Source of the DNA: Catajapyx aquilonaris
Taxonomy: Eukaryota
Direction of reading: 5' to 3'
Length of the DNA: 57,223 nucleotides
NCBI GenBank assembly: GCA_000934665.2
Contig: JYFJ02002424.1
Coordinates: forward strand, 1 to 57,223
Part shown: in pieces, positions 12,401 through 25,828 of the stretch
Layout of the letters: the number at the start of each line of letters is the position of its first letter
How positions within the stretch are numbered: the first letter of the stretch is position 1
Notes under the pieces: model-generated
Seen by the model: only the letters and a program-made list of their open reading frames with translations
What the model was told of the DNA's origin: nothing
Database searches by the model: none
Translations under genes and position numbers: made by a program

Positions 12401-14221
12401 AGGCTTTCATAAATACCTTAAATTTATTTTTAGCCATACCATACTGTTAAGGATGAATTATGCCATGTTCAGCAGCCACTAGCGTGTCAAAAGTCCTGTG
12501 ATGGTGGTGAATCACGAATCACATATTGGAGATGGCTTTAAGATAAGCCCATGCAAAGTCGTAGATGAAGTTTAGGTGATTAGCCTACATTTTCTTCGAA
12601 TGGCATAGGCATTTTCATGTCCTGGCATCTCCAAGCACTTTAATGTTCTAGCAGGGACGTACATCCTAAGAAAGTAACTGACTTTCGAAATTTAATTAGG
12701 AGTTTCAACTTCGTTATCTTCTCCAAATTAACACGTTGACAAGAAATCGCTTTCACTTTAATACCGCTGCTTGACAGATATTTTCATCCCCAATTTTACT
12801 CAAACCGTGAAAATTAATGCCCGACAAATTGCTCGCGACAGGTACAACATCTGAAGGTTTTTGGGGAACTTTTGAAGCCACCACGAGGTGCATGACCATG
12901 ACAGTGACATGGCCGTGATGTCGCATCATTCCATCCACTTTACGTCATCGACCTGTGTAAAAGTTAGCAACTTTAGAAATATATTGAGTTCGAATTAGGT
13001 AGAATGTTTTCAGTGGAAAAACAGTGCCATCAAAAAATATGGCTGTCCTGTTAAGGAGGTCGCGCTAACAATCATCTTGGTTCATGCTAAGATGCGTTCT
13101 GGCAAGTGCACTTGGCCATTACATCAGACGGAATTTAGAGAGGCATATGGATAGGCTTGTTAAACGATTGGTTCCCGCTGACAGGTGTTCCACTTGATGG
13201 ATCGAAGCAGTCAGCTTCCCGCCTTTCGCAAAGTCCAAGAAGGATGGTTGAGAAACGAGACGGATTTGACTGGTTCCATCCCATCCGTTTTTTCTTCTTT
13301 TCTTTCTTCCTGTTGGTCTCCTCCCCTTGTGGCCACAAAGGGGGGAAAAAACCGTCGGGTTGTAGCAGGCACCGCATTGCCACGGCGCAGATGATTAGGC
13401 CGGGGCGTCTTGTTAGCGCGTCCCAATTAGGCTTGCTAGGGTAATCATTTTTCCCTTGTACCAAACCCAAGAAGACAGTTTTTGTCTCGACCGACTCAAG
13501 AAGGATGGATGCGATTCTGAAAACAAGGGCCGTGTGAAGCTAGTAACGAAGCCATTTTTTGGTCAAGGTAATGTGCCCAATGAGCGACCTGAACAATAAT
13601 CCGCTGCAGCCAATCAGACTAATGAGACGCTGCGCCACGCTGTGTGGCCACGCTGCCATCTCTCGGCCGGACGCTGCGAGATGTAGCGAAATTTTTCACA
13701 TAAAATGTGTTGGATAGGAGCCGTGGCCCTTAACAACCTTCAGCCAGGTCCAATGCTCAGTATATTATGGGGAATGGGGGAAAAAGAGTTCTGTGAAGTT
13801 TTGGAATGGTTTCTTGAGGGGCGAGGCAAAGATACCTTAAGCAAACAAGCCGTGTTCCTTTGGAGTGTTTGCTTCCCACGGGAACCTCAAATTGCAGACT
13901 TTGCCTTACTTTTCGTTCTTTTCTGTGTGTCGTTCCCCTTCCCTCCCCCGCTTTCCTCTTCTTCTCCCCAAACACCACTTTTTTAATGTCACTCGATGAT
14001 GAGATTTCTAGATGGGGCTAAGTAAATAAAGATTCTCTGCGACTTTGAAGTCTACGTCGGCCTCTTTGATTGCCAAAGATTCGGGGCTGGTCCTTTCGAA
14101 TGCTTTATTGGACCGGAGATAAGTTTTTAGTGGTCTGTTAAGACCAGTTTCAAGTTTAGGCAGGAGTCAAGAAGGACCGGCGGGCTGTGAGGATAGAGAC
14201 TTACCTTTCCGTATCATATTC

Positions 14222-17200
14222 TTTATTGTTGCTCGGTTGTTGGGGTCTATACATTACAATGCCATGGTACACGGGTTACAACCAGTCTTTGACACGTGTT
14301 AATAGAAGAAAAAACGAATAGACTTCGGTCGCAATAAATAGTACATTATTATTGTGGCAAGCAGATGCACTACAGCCAATACCAAATTTTCAACACTTTT
14401 CATCTTGACTAGGTTTAATTACAAAGACAACATTAAACGCATTCACCTTTCCAGTAACGACTGTTTCGCTGTTCGACAAGTTAACAGATGCTGCCTTCTG
14501 TGCAATAGTTATACGGGATTAAATGAAATATGTTTCTGGTAATGCAGGAGAAAAAAAAGTAGGAAGGAATGCAACGGAGACAGACTATATTCCGCGCAAT
14601 TATACGTAGTGTAGTGTTCACCTAAAGGATACGCGTACTACAAAGAGCAGGAAAAGAATCAGTGTTAAAGAAGGAAAATGTAGTTATTTTAAAAATGAGA
14701 CAGAAAAGATGTTGATGTTACGAAGATAAAATTGTGCAGGTATAATGTCTGCAGGTGGCCTAAACGACAGAATTTGTATAATGAAACATACAGCTATCAA
14801 CATTGCTCTTTTTTTTTCGAAAATTACGGAACATATGTAATTATTTAAACTCTCATTTCCGGTGATCTTAGCAAGATATCTTGATCATGACGATCTACTT
14901 ATAATGAATTGAAATTATTGAGCTGCTCTAATGTAAGTAATGTTCAATATATTCTGCAAGGCTGAGGATACTTTACGAGCAACAAAGTACTAAACTATGT
15001 GCATGGTAGTTTTTAGCCATATCAAATTTTATGTAGGATGTAATGTCGCATTATTTTAGGTGCGTATTTAACGAAATATCCTGATTTTCTCCAATAATTA
15101 CTATCTCAAGAAACAAGTGCATTTTTACTGAATAGAAGTTGCGTAAATAAGAAGCATCAAGTTTGATTGTAGAAGTAACGAGTGCACCCTTGATAACAAT
15201 TTGTGATACCCTGAAACCTTATCTAATATTACCTTTACTTGATAAACTAAAGTGGAATACTAACAGTGCAAGTTATGCGAATGATAACTTTCGTATCATT
15301 TTCTAATTTTGTGCTCAGGAGTAATTGAACACTACTTGAGCGAAACTGCATTGAAGGAATTAAATTGTTAAATCATATTAATTACTATGCAAAACAAAGT
15401 AGCAAGCATTTCCAAGGCTTGAAACCATACTTAAGTGCACAACTCATTACGATTCTCAGGTAACCAATGACAGAGCACGACAAATAAGTAATAACACCAT
15501 CTTGATGATCGAAACGTCATTTATGTAAGTTCGGAAATGACGCCACCTGACTATGCAAATGAAGAGATGGAAATCACCAAGCTATAAATACGTACGAATA
15601 TGGCCTTCAAACCGTCATATTACTCTTCCATAACAGGAAATAGGAACACACATATACACACAGGGGCAGCTTTTTTTGGTAAGTAAAAACAAACAATACA
15701 TTACATCAGTTCCCATTGTCTCCTCTTACGAGGTGCGCTCTGGGAACAAGACATTTTCTTAATTTAATCGGTAACCTGGGCCTGGGACAGGAACAAAGTT
15801 AATTTGGCACAAATAGAGCAGTTTAGCAGTTTTGCGGACGAGATATTGAGGAAGCTCCTATGATGAAATGTATAACGTTATTTACATCACTACAATGAAG
15901 CCCGAAATGTTTGTCCGGGCGACACTAACATCGAAGGTACACTATGCAAGATGCATTTTTTTCTATATCGTGGTTTGGGGGGTTTTTGGTTTCAAAAAAA
16001 TTTTAAAAATGGGTGGGGAAAATTGCAAAGAGAGCTACATCATTGGTAGAAAAACACACTTACAGGCTCCAGATATTTTACGTGGATGGGGGCAGTTAAA
16101 TTTTTTTTTCCTATAATAAATCCTGAGGGTCATCCTGCTCTATTCTACAACAATGTACCTGCTCGAATCTGCAAGTGTTTTATTTTTTTGGTTACTCCTT
16201 CAACCCATTCACACTGAAAGTGTCAGGATCCACAGTTGACCTGCAGTCTGGCAACGTGGCACGTTGATGTTATAAAATATAAAGTTACATGAGTCAGGTT
16301 CTTTTGAGTCTGAACACGACCCTGCACTGTCTTTTGGAGCATTAAAATGTGTAGGGCACAGATGTACATTACAAATTGACGTAGACTGTACAAAAAGAAA
16401 AAAAAATCCACTCATGCACAAATTTGACATGGGATATAAAACGTATAAACTTGCACACATAGTCTGGTTAATCCCACTTGTGCTATATTCCGTTTAGTCA
16501 TATCCTGCCCATAAACTGGTTCATAAAGAACTAAAAAAAAACGACACCATGATCTGCTCATGATTGTTTCATATACCCCGTGTCATCACATTTGGTCAAT
16601 CAGTTTGCGTAACGATGGCCGCTTCCGTGAAAAATTCACCACAACTTGTAATCGAGTGAACTGTTGAATGTTAGGGGTGAGGGTAAGGTTGGGAGGGGGG
16701 GGGGNNNNNNNNNACAAAAGTGAAAGCTCGAGAAAAAAAATGGAAGATTGTACGTAAGTTGGCGTTTGGTAGAAGAGGTAGTGGTGGTGGTTAAGGGAAG
16801 CGTCAATTCACGTCGAGGTCCTCGAATGGAATTGGGAGTTCCAGTCACGAAATAAGAGAGTGGAGCTCCTCGACAACTTTTGGCACTCGAGGCTTAAGCG
16901 TGCAGTTTTCCGTCACGTTTCCAAGTGTGGCCTCGGCCGCATTCGAAGGCATTTCCGATTCATCACCGCTTTAACAAACGTGATGTTAACGTAGTTACGG
17001 TCCTTTCCATTTCCATTCGAATTCGGCGGAGGTCCGCTTCGGCCCGCCCAAAAAAATTCTTCCAAATCCAGCTGGCTATGTTTGGTAGGAAGGAAGGGAA
17101 GGTAGGATGGGAGTGGTGCGCGAACTTTGTAAAAAATAATCAGAAGACAGGAACTCAACCTAACGTAGGTTGTTTCCTACACTTGAACCTTACAGTTCAC

Positions 17201-17447
17201 GCTACACTACAGGAAAACGGGTAGAAAGTTCTTTTTTCTTCTTTTTTTTCTTCTCCGGAGACAACTCCGAATTCACTATAGCAAGTGTGATAGGAAAGTT
17301 CAGGGCACACGTAGGTTGTTGAGGGGAGGATGAGGTCAAAAAAGCCTTTCTTTTTTAGGTGGAGCGATCTGAAATGTCGCGTTCCGCTGCCAGCGTGGAA
17401 TTTTGCGAGAGTCGCTCTCCTTGTCAAGGGCCTGTAGAGGTGTGCCA
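14222..17447 (-). other. Putative long 3' UTR of the dipeptidase gene
   Basis: Follows the stop codon. AT-rich, with no TIR elements seen. Minus-strand AATAAA at 16179-16184, about 14345-14350 and 14222-14227. The end point is inferred. Confidence 0.45.
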
Positions 17448-17549
17448 TCAGGAACCGAGGTACATACAGCTGGTGTGACCCTCCAGGTACTGTGGAGGAA
17501 TCAGGTCTTCAATGGGACGTACTGCTGCCAGTTGCCACTTGTCTCGTAT
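17448..17549 (-). CDS. DPEP1: Dipeptidase 1-like gene, terminal coding exon F (with stop)
   Basis: Strong acceptor tttttctcttatatattttttgcag|ATA in phase 0. Encodes IRDKWQLAAVRPIEDLIPPQYLEGHTSCMYLGS* (TGA at 17448-17450), resembling the DPEP C-terminal PxExxIP...SC segment with the dimer Cys. Confidence 0.9.
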   Translation of the reverse strand: MRDKWQLAAVRPIEDLIPPQYLEGHTSCMYLGS

Positions 17550-18277
17550 CTGCAAAAAATATATAAGAGAAAAAAATGTACTTTTGCAGGTCTTTAATGA
17601 ATGGTCTCATCAGGCTGGAAAGCCCCTTATCCCATCAGAGTCGGGCGCTAATCGCCAAAGAACGGCACTTAAACGTTCTCCTCCTTCACGCCCCCACCTC
17701 ATCTTCTCCGTTCCCCACCAAACCAGCTCCGAAAACTTTCAATTTGATAAAACGTCAGCGGGGGATTTTCACTTTTCAGTCCTGCCAAAGCCTGGTTTCC
17801 ATCCCTAACGACTTGCTTAAGGCGTACTTACTTCCCCACTTACGTGCGTGCTGGAGCTAACTGCCTAATAACTGCGAGAAGGACTCGAATGTCAATTCAG
17901 GCATCACCACCTTTCAGTCCCAAACTCATGGCAGGTGTACCGTTCGTTTAGAACGGAATTTGATTCAAGGAAGGAAATGTGCGTAATCAACAAAGTCTGA
18001 TAATAAATGTAATTTCTGCCGCGGCTTCTGGCATGAAACCGATTATGTAGAGCTCAAAGCGTGGAAAAAGGTTTCACTCGGATTGCGTTTCATTTCGATT
18101 TCCTGCACATTTATGCGGAATTTAGGTCGGTTTTTTCTTCTTCGGACTCTTGAAGAGTGATAGAATGGAGCGCTTGGAACAGATCTCGTGAATATTATCA
18201 GAAATATAAAGCACTGCATTATTCAAATAGCAGGAACTCTTGGCTTATAATAATTGATTATGGTGTAGACTGTAGAG

Positions 18278-18644
18278 CAGGGGTGGGCAACCTTTTTTCT
18301 CCGTGGGCCGCATAGAGATTTTAAAAATATTTTGATGGGCCGAATCTATCAAAAGAAATTTAACTTATAAAAAACGTTTACAATTATATATCCCTCGTTT
18401 TAAATGAACTTTCATTAATTCCATATAATTATCATTAAATTCTCTGAAAATCTATAAAATTAGCTTAATATATCAATGAAAATGGCTTGTATAAATAAAC
18501 AAGTTTTGTGGATTTAAAAGCATTAAAAAGAAAGGCACAGACATAAAATTTTGCCATTTTAATTTTTCACCATTTTCAGGAATTCCGAAATTTTTGCGCG
18601 GGCCACACAAATTGTCTTCGCGGGCAGTAGGTTGCCCACCCCTG
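18278..18644. mobile_element. hAT-type MITE in the last intron
   Basis: Perfect 15-bp TIR CAGGGGTGGGCAACC, perfect 8-bp TSD ctgtagag (18270-18277 / 18645-18652), subterminal (g)cgggcc motifs. Confidence 0.93.
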
Positions 18645-18807
18645 CTGTAGAGTATATACAGGTCCTCCCTTATCACCTTCCCCGACCTTCCCCCTCCTTC
18701 TAATTAGTCCCTTCCTGCCACATCATGTTTGTCCTTTCTCCATCTCTACATCCGCCCCCAACTTGACCCCCGGAGCGAGGGACTTGATAAATACGAGGTG
18801 GGTCATC

Positions 18808-18953
18808 CAAGGGGGTAATCACTCGACTGAAAAGTGTACACTGGAGTACCAAATTCAAGGAGTACCAAGGAGTAATAAAGTGTGAGGTACCTGAGGAGTA
18901 CCAGGGAGTACCACTAGCAGGTGTACACCGGAGTACCGAAGTGATTACCCCTG
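18808..18953. mobile_element. Small TIR element with internal GGAGTACC iterations
   Basis: ggggtaatcact / agtgattacccc inverted ends; about 7 perfect or near copies of GGAGTACC; no clean TSD. Confidence 0.55.
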
Positions 18954-19141
18954 ATCCTTGTGTATTCCTTACGCATTACTCTCCCTCAATCCTAGTCTTA
19001 TTGGTATAATAGTATTTTTTATATTGAAATGTGCCAAACAATTGCTCTTCCAGAAGCCATTCAGGTTTCAATGACAGCAAACCATAGCAGAACCCACAAA
19101 ACGCAAAGATAATAATAATAATAACGCTATACAAAAAAATA

Positions 19142-19569
19142 TACAGGGTGTATCTGAACTCAGTGCCCCGACGTATATGACTGCCTTCCTAGCCACCAGA
19201 GGATCGATTTAAGTATAGGAGTCATATGTCTGGGCAGCCTCATTACGGAGATAATTGGCCGCAAACATGTAGTACAAAATATCCTGTCGGTTAGGCCACC
19301 CATCGAACCCTCCCCCAGTCAGAAGGCTCTGAAAGGTCTGGGGGCGGGACTTTGTTGGTTTGTTGCCCACAGGTGGTAAGGCCTCTTTGGCTAGTTACAC
19401 CAGAAAATTCTATTTAAAAGTCAGAAGGAGCGATTAGGCAAAAATCGCTAAAGAGTGTATCTCAGTAATGAGGCTGCCCAGACATATGATTCCTATTCTT
19501 AAATCGATCATCTGGTGGCTAGGAAGGCAGTCATATACGTCGGGGCACTGAGTTCAGATACACCCTGTA
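19142..19569. mobile_element. Tc1/mariner-type MITE
   Basis: TA|TACAGGGTGTATCTGAACTC...GAGTTCAGATACACCCTGTA|TA; about 110 bp near-perfect TIRs. Confidence 0.92.
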
Positions 19570-22470
19570 TAAAATCAAACTCTAGGCAAGAACTTAATTC
19601 TTAGGAATCACGTATCGGTACCCTAAAAACTCCAAATTTATACCAAAGAAACTCAACATAAAAATAGTTAGCAGTCAGCTCGACAGAATTAGAGGGCTAT
19701 GATAAAAAAGAGTGCCAGCAATTTCGGGGCAACCAGCTCGCTGGCATAGAGCCGCGTGGAGAATGAGCAGGTTTATTCAGTTAGTCGAGCATAAATCGAG
19801 AGAGAGGAAAGAGCAACAAGAGGATTCCCATTCGGCCTGTCGCTACCCACCGTTATTGGACACTTTATTACTAGCACCATCTTTCTTTCTGCTTCTGGAA
19901 GCATCTGCACTTGGAGAAGAGAACTGGGTAACATGGCACCGGTCCGAATAATGGCTAGAGAAAGAAGCGAGGGGGTAACACTGCACCGGTCCAAACTATA
20001 CAGGGGACTGGACGGAAGTCTCGCTTGGTGGCAAATTATTTCCGCAAGCAAATGGACATTGCTCACACAGCTCGTGGGGGGAGGATTAATGGCTCAAGTA
20101 TACGCGACAAATGAGCTCTTCACGCTTCACTGAAGAAATAGGCTCCATTTTATTACACCTGTCATTAACTGATTATCATCGTTCCCGCATTAAATCATCG
20201 CAAATATACCACCCCTGCTCCATAAATGACGGCTTTATGTGGAATGAATATTGGGTGGATTAAATTGGAATTAATTTGGATTTATTATGCACGCTTGCAT
20301 TATGTAGTTCGCCAAATTGGAATGCTTGTGTGGCTTAAATAGATATATATTTTAAAACTGGATGCAGATTTGGTATCCTAATAAACAACCTGATGATCAC
20401 CAGGTTGTAATGAAATGTCGTCTAGTCGTTTTTAGTGCGGGTGTTAAGTGGAAATGACTTTTCTATAGCCATAAAATGGTATTATGTAGATTTATGAATA
20501 TGTTATCGCGAAAATTATATAAAGAATTTTCAGGGGAAATCCCTGATGTGTGGAAAATTACCCAGATATCACTCATATTGCTCTACTGAGCAGAACATGG
20601 CATTCAATTTTTCACGCCCGCAGTTCGAAAAGCAACTCTAATATCTTATTCAAATTACGTCTAAGTGGAAACAAGCATTGGGAAGCCAACGTGCTCAAAA
20701 CCTTATTTGGTAGCCGGAAATTACGTTCATTTTTCCACTCTCCCACTTCCGGCGTTCGCAGATCGGCATTGTGTATCCCGACGCTGTTTCAATGCTACAC
20801 ACGCTGTACTTACACGCCCTTGTATAAGTGAGGAAAATCCATTTTAATAAAAATGCTCGCCTTTGATGAGAATTCGTGCCTAATGGGCCCTTTGAAAGCA
20901 CATCCGGTGGAAAAGCTTAGCCATATTGTCTGCAGCACAAGAATGCTAATACCTCCATTGTTCGTTTCTGTGAATCAAAATGCGAAACTTCGTAGCGATT
21001 CCTTCCTGATTTAGGAGTGGTCAACGCATATTGCCGTAGAAAAAGCCATTATAAGTGCGAAAGAGTTGTTTTAATTAAGCCCACGCTTAAAACGGAGAAG
21101 TTTTGCATGCAAATGGCCAAAGAAAACGCGTTGCGAAGAGGAAATGACGGCACTTTTCACCAAAGGTTGGGTGGAAAGTGCAGCCAAAAGGAAATATTAT
21201 GCACCGAGTTTACAAGGGGCCAAATGGGAGAGTTTAAGCTGTACATATTATGACCCTGGCATGATATTGCACTCGTTTGACCATGATTATCAGGCTGCAT
21301 TCGATGTACTGTTGTGTGTATATGTTAGTAGAAGTCACGTACAGGAAGTCAAAAACACACAAGTCCACTGTATTTATCATGATCATTTTTAATTCGAAGC
21401 ACAATGCAAAAATGGGATGGGGCTGGAGGAATATTTTCAGAGGGAACAATAGCCTGAAAAGCGTGAATAGGCGAGCGTCCCCAGTAATCTGGATGCCTTT
21501 CGAACAAATGACAGTTTCCGGCCGCTTCTCAGTCCTTTTTTTCTGTCTCTCTCTTCATCCCCTTTTCCCCGAGAGCCTGCTCGGAGAAGGGCTGAAGAAG
21601 CCAGGAGGGCTTGGATTGTGATGGAGAGGCGAGCACAACTAGTTAAAAGACTCCCACCACCCTCCATCTCCGCCCCTCCACTCGAGGAGCTCCGGCTCTC
21701 CGATGATGACAATGGCAGGAAGGAAGGAAAGGATAGAAACACAAGAAAGGACACAAACAGCGCCAGGCTCAATCGAAATTCGTTTTCGGAGGTGAAACAC
21801 CTCGGGCTTTGATGCTTGATGTCGTGATGGGCGCTTTTGTGGAAGGATGCTAGAGGTGACGACAGATGGCGGCGCTGTACACAAATCGAGTGGAAGACAT
21901 CAGGTGCTGCTATCTCACGGATCGTTCATGGAAATTATGGCATTGCAAGATGTGCTGTACAATACATGTATACATTATTCACTCTTTAGTGCATAGAGGG
22001 ATAGCAAATTTTGTTATATAGAAACTCTCGAATGTGAATAGCGAAGCTTTAATTTTTGTAAAGATGATCGACATTTTGAGAAATGTTAAATTGACTTTTA
22101 ATGACAACATGCATATAGAAAAGGAGCATCGTTATGCCAGTAACATTTTTGACATATTGTCCTATTATTATCTTTTTAACTACAGTAGGTACACAAGACC
22201 TAGACATAATGCTTTTAAAGATAACGATTGACGTATTTAGACACCCTATCAACTATAAAATGCACCTATGCTGTTCAGAATTGCAATAGTATACAAAATT
22301 GCTCCCTTCATTTATCTATATACTCCATCCCTCTCCTTCACATCCTCTCGGGAATTACGGGTGTCCTCCATACCCTGTTGGGCTGATACCAATCAGCCAT
22401 ACTGTTTTTCTCCTTGGAGAATTTAGGTGGCTTCCCCTCTCAAAACAGTTTGGCCATAACTTTGTCTGTA

Positions 22471-23398
22471 CAGTGCCGTGCACAATAGCATATAACAAGT
22501 GTAAACAACGACTTTGGCGTTACCTGGCAACTGGGCGTGTTCGGACATCGGCATGTGGAGAGTGCTTAGCGTTCTTTCTGTCGTTGCCACTGTTTACAGG
22601 TAGCGATTGATGCTGGGCGACCTATAGCGAAGGGTGTGTGCATGCTTACCAATGCATGGCATCGGAATAAGCGGGCTGAGGGGATATTATTTTGAGAAGG
22701 CGCTTCGTTATTATCACACTATCGTCACTGTCTTATTCCCACGATGATATGGAGTTATGGAATGGCCGGAAAGATGAGAGGGATGTTCTAGTAGTTGGTT
22801 GCTATGTGTGGTTCTTATGAAATGGCTAAACGACTCTTGACAGTAATTCAGAACGAAAATGTGTCTCTTACCCAACCAACCCACCCTCTTTCACACCCTA
22901 TCACCCACCCACTACTCCCCTTTCACCCGTTACACTGGACTTGATTGGGAGTGGATGACATTCAATGTGGACCTTATATTAATTTGACAGACAAGAGCAT
23001 GTACGATGTACCGGACTCCTTCCCGATCATTCAGTACAGTAACTCCATGCATCCTGACTCCTGACTCATACTGGAAAGTGACGATAGTGTGATAATAACG
23101 AAGCGCCTTCTCAAAATAATATCCCCCTCAGTAGGGAGGTGAAGTGGCGCAGCATTAACGCTATTAATATTATTATTAATATTAAGGTCCCGGGTTCAAT
23201 CCCCACCCGGGGTTCCCACCTTTATCCACACACCCTTCGCTATGGGTCGCCCAGCATCAATCGCTACCTGTAAACAGTGGCAACGACAGAAAGAACGCTA
23301 AGCACTCTCCACATGCCGATGTCCGAACACGCCCAGTTGCCAGGTAACGCCACAAAGTCGTTGTTTACACTTGTTATATGCTATTGTGCACGGCACTG
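22471..23398. mobile_element. Tc1-like non-autonomous element with long TIRs
   Basis: TA|CAGTGCCGTGCACAATAG...CTATTGTGCACGGCACTG|TA. About 170 bp near-identical arms (22471-22640 / 23227-23398) plus a second IR (22676-22729 / 23077-23131). No transposase ORF. Confidence 0.92.
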
Positions 23399-25591
23399 TA
23401 CCAAGCGGCATAATCCAATCACAATATTCAGAACGCCTCTGAAAATCGAGGTGTACCACATGTTTTAGTGCGTTGACATTAATGGAATCTCCATTAATAG
23501 AATTCTCTCTGGGAGAGTGGTGGACGAGAGAGAAGAGTGGGCATGCTTTTTCGTGTGTCTCATAGAGCCATTTTCCGATACCGCATGACAACAAGTGACG
23601 TGCTGCCACTCTTACTGTGTAAAAAAATAGACCATTTTTAGAGCCGTCAATCACCATGGTAAGTAGCGCACATCTAAACTCATATAGGATTGGTACAAAA
23701 GTTACGACTCTCTAAAAAGAAAAGTGCGGAGTCGAAACATCAGAAATCCACTCACATTGTTGACTGTCGCAACCATTGTAGAGAATATGTAAAACGTGAG
23801 CTCAGCTAGTAAGGACTTGTAACCTGTCACAGTCACAGAGAGAAAAGGGGGAACATTTGCATACGAATAGCCCCGTCTCCATTATTTATTGCAGGCAGGG
23901 GAGCAAAGTTGCAAGGCCGGGCAAGCGAAATGAGCGGAATCACTTGTTTGATGGCTGTCCATCATCCCGCGTTTCATCTTTCCAGAGATCAAAAGAGAGA
24001 TAAGTACATCGCAGTCATTTATCGCAACGAACATGGATTTCGTTTGATCAGAGGCACAGCATCCTTCCTAAGCCACAGATCATTTCCCCGATTTAGTCCG
24101 CCCGTTTTCATGACGACAAGATCAAATATATGGCTTGATTTCCATCCCTCATTTGCATGCTGTAGGAAACCGGGCGGACTGCCTTGTTTCCCAAAGGATT
24201 ACTGTTTGTGTAACTACTGCGCCGTTATACATGTCAACTTCAAAGGCAGTGCCAGCCAGACTACTATTTTGCCATGTTGGGAGAGAAATATAAACAAGGC
24301 AGGCTTGTGCAGGGGGGGAAAAATTCATATATTCTACCCAGACTTTGTACGTTGCATTTGGGCATGTAAATATCTAAACAGCCCGCGAAATGTCTTCAAA
24401 CAAATTATAATCCGTGCCCATGTCAAACACAAAGGGAGGTTACTGTGAAATTTTGGGTACCATCCAGTACTGGAAAAGTAAAGCGGTGAAACTCTAATGG
24501 GGCATTTTTAATGCGATGACAACATTTTTGATGTTCACTATAAAATTAGTATACCCTTTTTCTGCATGGAAATGTACTGTACATAGTGTTAAGCAAATGG
24601 TTCATGTAAGCAGCAAAATTAGGGTAGAAGACCTGAAGCAGGCTTATACTAGTAACGTTTCTTCGCCGTTGTGAGAGTACGTTGCAGTCTAATTTTATCT
24701 GCAGTATTAGTCATTTGCGACAAAAATCTACCTAATTGCCGGACCCAATCCAGAACATCTGATGGCGCTACAGAAATGTATGCCTGAGGCTCTCGACTGA
24801 TTTTGTTGGATGATGGTGTCATCATTCTGCAGGGCAGTGCTCGCTATGAGTGCGCAGATTGCAATGGATTTATTGCCAAATTCGTACGTGGGAGTTGCTG
24901 CACCACCAACCCCAGATGTGACTATGATTCGTCGCAGAAAACGAAAGAAGTCATGTGCGCTACCCGCTTTGGGAACATGGAGGCATAACCTGACAGGTTC
25001 AATCTCTCAACAGAAGCAAACTGTTAACTGGTATTACGGTTCCACCTCATCTATGGGAATCTGTCATATCCTAGAAAGGGGACTACTTTGAAGGGTAGTA
25101 ATTTCCACTCCGACGTGTCAGGAGACATTGCTGCACAAAGAGATAATCTTCGTTTAATTAAAACACGGGCACTTTAGGGAAAATGTGCAATCAGTTGACT
25201 AACATAGTTCTAGTTTGTAACGCCATTTGCATTTCACGCTTGTCAACTTCAGAATCGCAAATTTTGATGTCATTTAAAATATATGTGCAACCAGTTCAGA
25301 TAAATCGCGTATTATACGAGTGGAGCGCATTTCCTTATGCCCCTGTATTCTATGCATACTGCTGCTCAAAAAAGGCTGATGGGTAGCCCTGAAAAGCAAG
25401 GATAAACTTCTGGGAGTGAAGTTACCCAAGCAAGAAAGTACCGTTCAGCTTGTAGGAATTTTAGCCATTGGCCCAAAAGGTTTTTATTGCCTGGAGTTCC
25501 GAAGAAATCGACGGCTTATTCGCATGGCCGGAATTAGTTTCAACTTAAAGCTCAGCTTTTTGTCAGTCAGAACCTGGGACCTATATCTATA

Positions 25592-25828
25592 GGGAAGGAC
25601 TTTCGTAATGGGATACCAAATGTGGCAGGGGTAGGGGCACGCTACACCTACCTACCCCATGACCTAACCTTCCTTCCCGGTGGATACACGCCTATCCTTC
25701 GGCGGATACACGCCTATCCTTCGGCGGATACACGCCTATCCTTCAGCGGATACATGCCTATTCTTCAACAGACACACGCCTAGGAGAGTAGGTAAAAGTG
25801 CGGGGTCTCCCGATACGAAAGCGTAGCC
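25592..25828 (+). mobile_element. Dispersed repeat with internal 22-bp minisatellite (copy 1)
   Basis: Unit ggatacacgcctatccttcggc at 25682, 25704, 25726, 25748 and (degenerate) 25770; imperfect terminal IR (ctttcgta / tacgaaag); TA flanks; second copy at 40322-40538. Confidence 0.82.

Noticed and set aside
14199..14254. Minus-strand ATG-initiated mini-exon ending in a perfect AAG|GTAAGT donor (MYRPQQPSNNKEYDTE)
   Set aside because: No downstream partner exon identified; it overlaps the putative poly(A) region, and isolated donor matches are expected by chance in 57 kb.
16693..16713. Poly-G/C runs adjacent to Ns (also near 5490, 35434, 51545) as G-quadruplex elements
   Set aside because: Run lengths are unreliable because they coincide with assembly ambiguities; there is no positional pattern.
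17197..17450. 83-aa ORF whose ATG overlaps the dipeptidase stop (TGATG), suggesting reinitiation or readthrough
   Set aside because: No recognisable homology and low-complexity content. TGA-T is not a leaky context, and the readthrough frame stops after 7 codons.
23909..24448. Longest ORF in the track (179 aa), also 53801-54310 and 10535-10999
   Set aside because: Non-ATG starts or no domain resemblance, atypical composition and no splice context; consistent with chance ORFs.
25682..25782. 22-bp direct repeats resembling a CRISPR array
   Set aside because: Head-to-tail tandem units with no unique spacers, no cas genes, eukaryotic context; part of a dispersed repeat.
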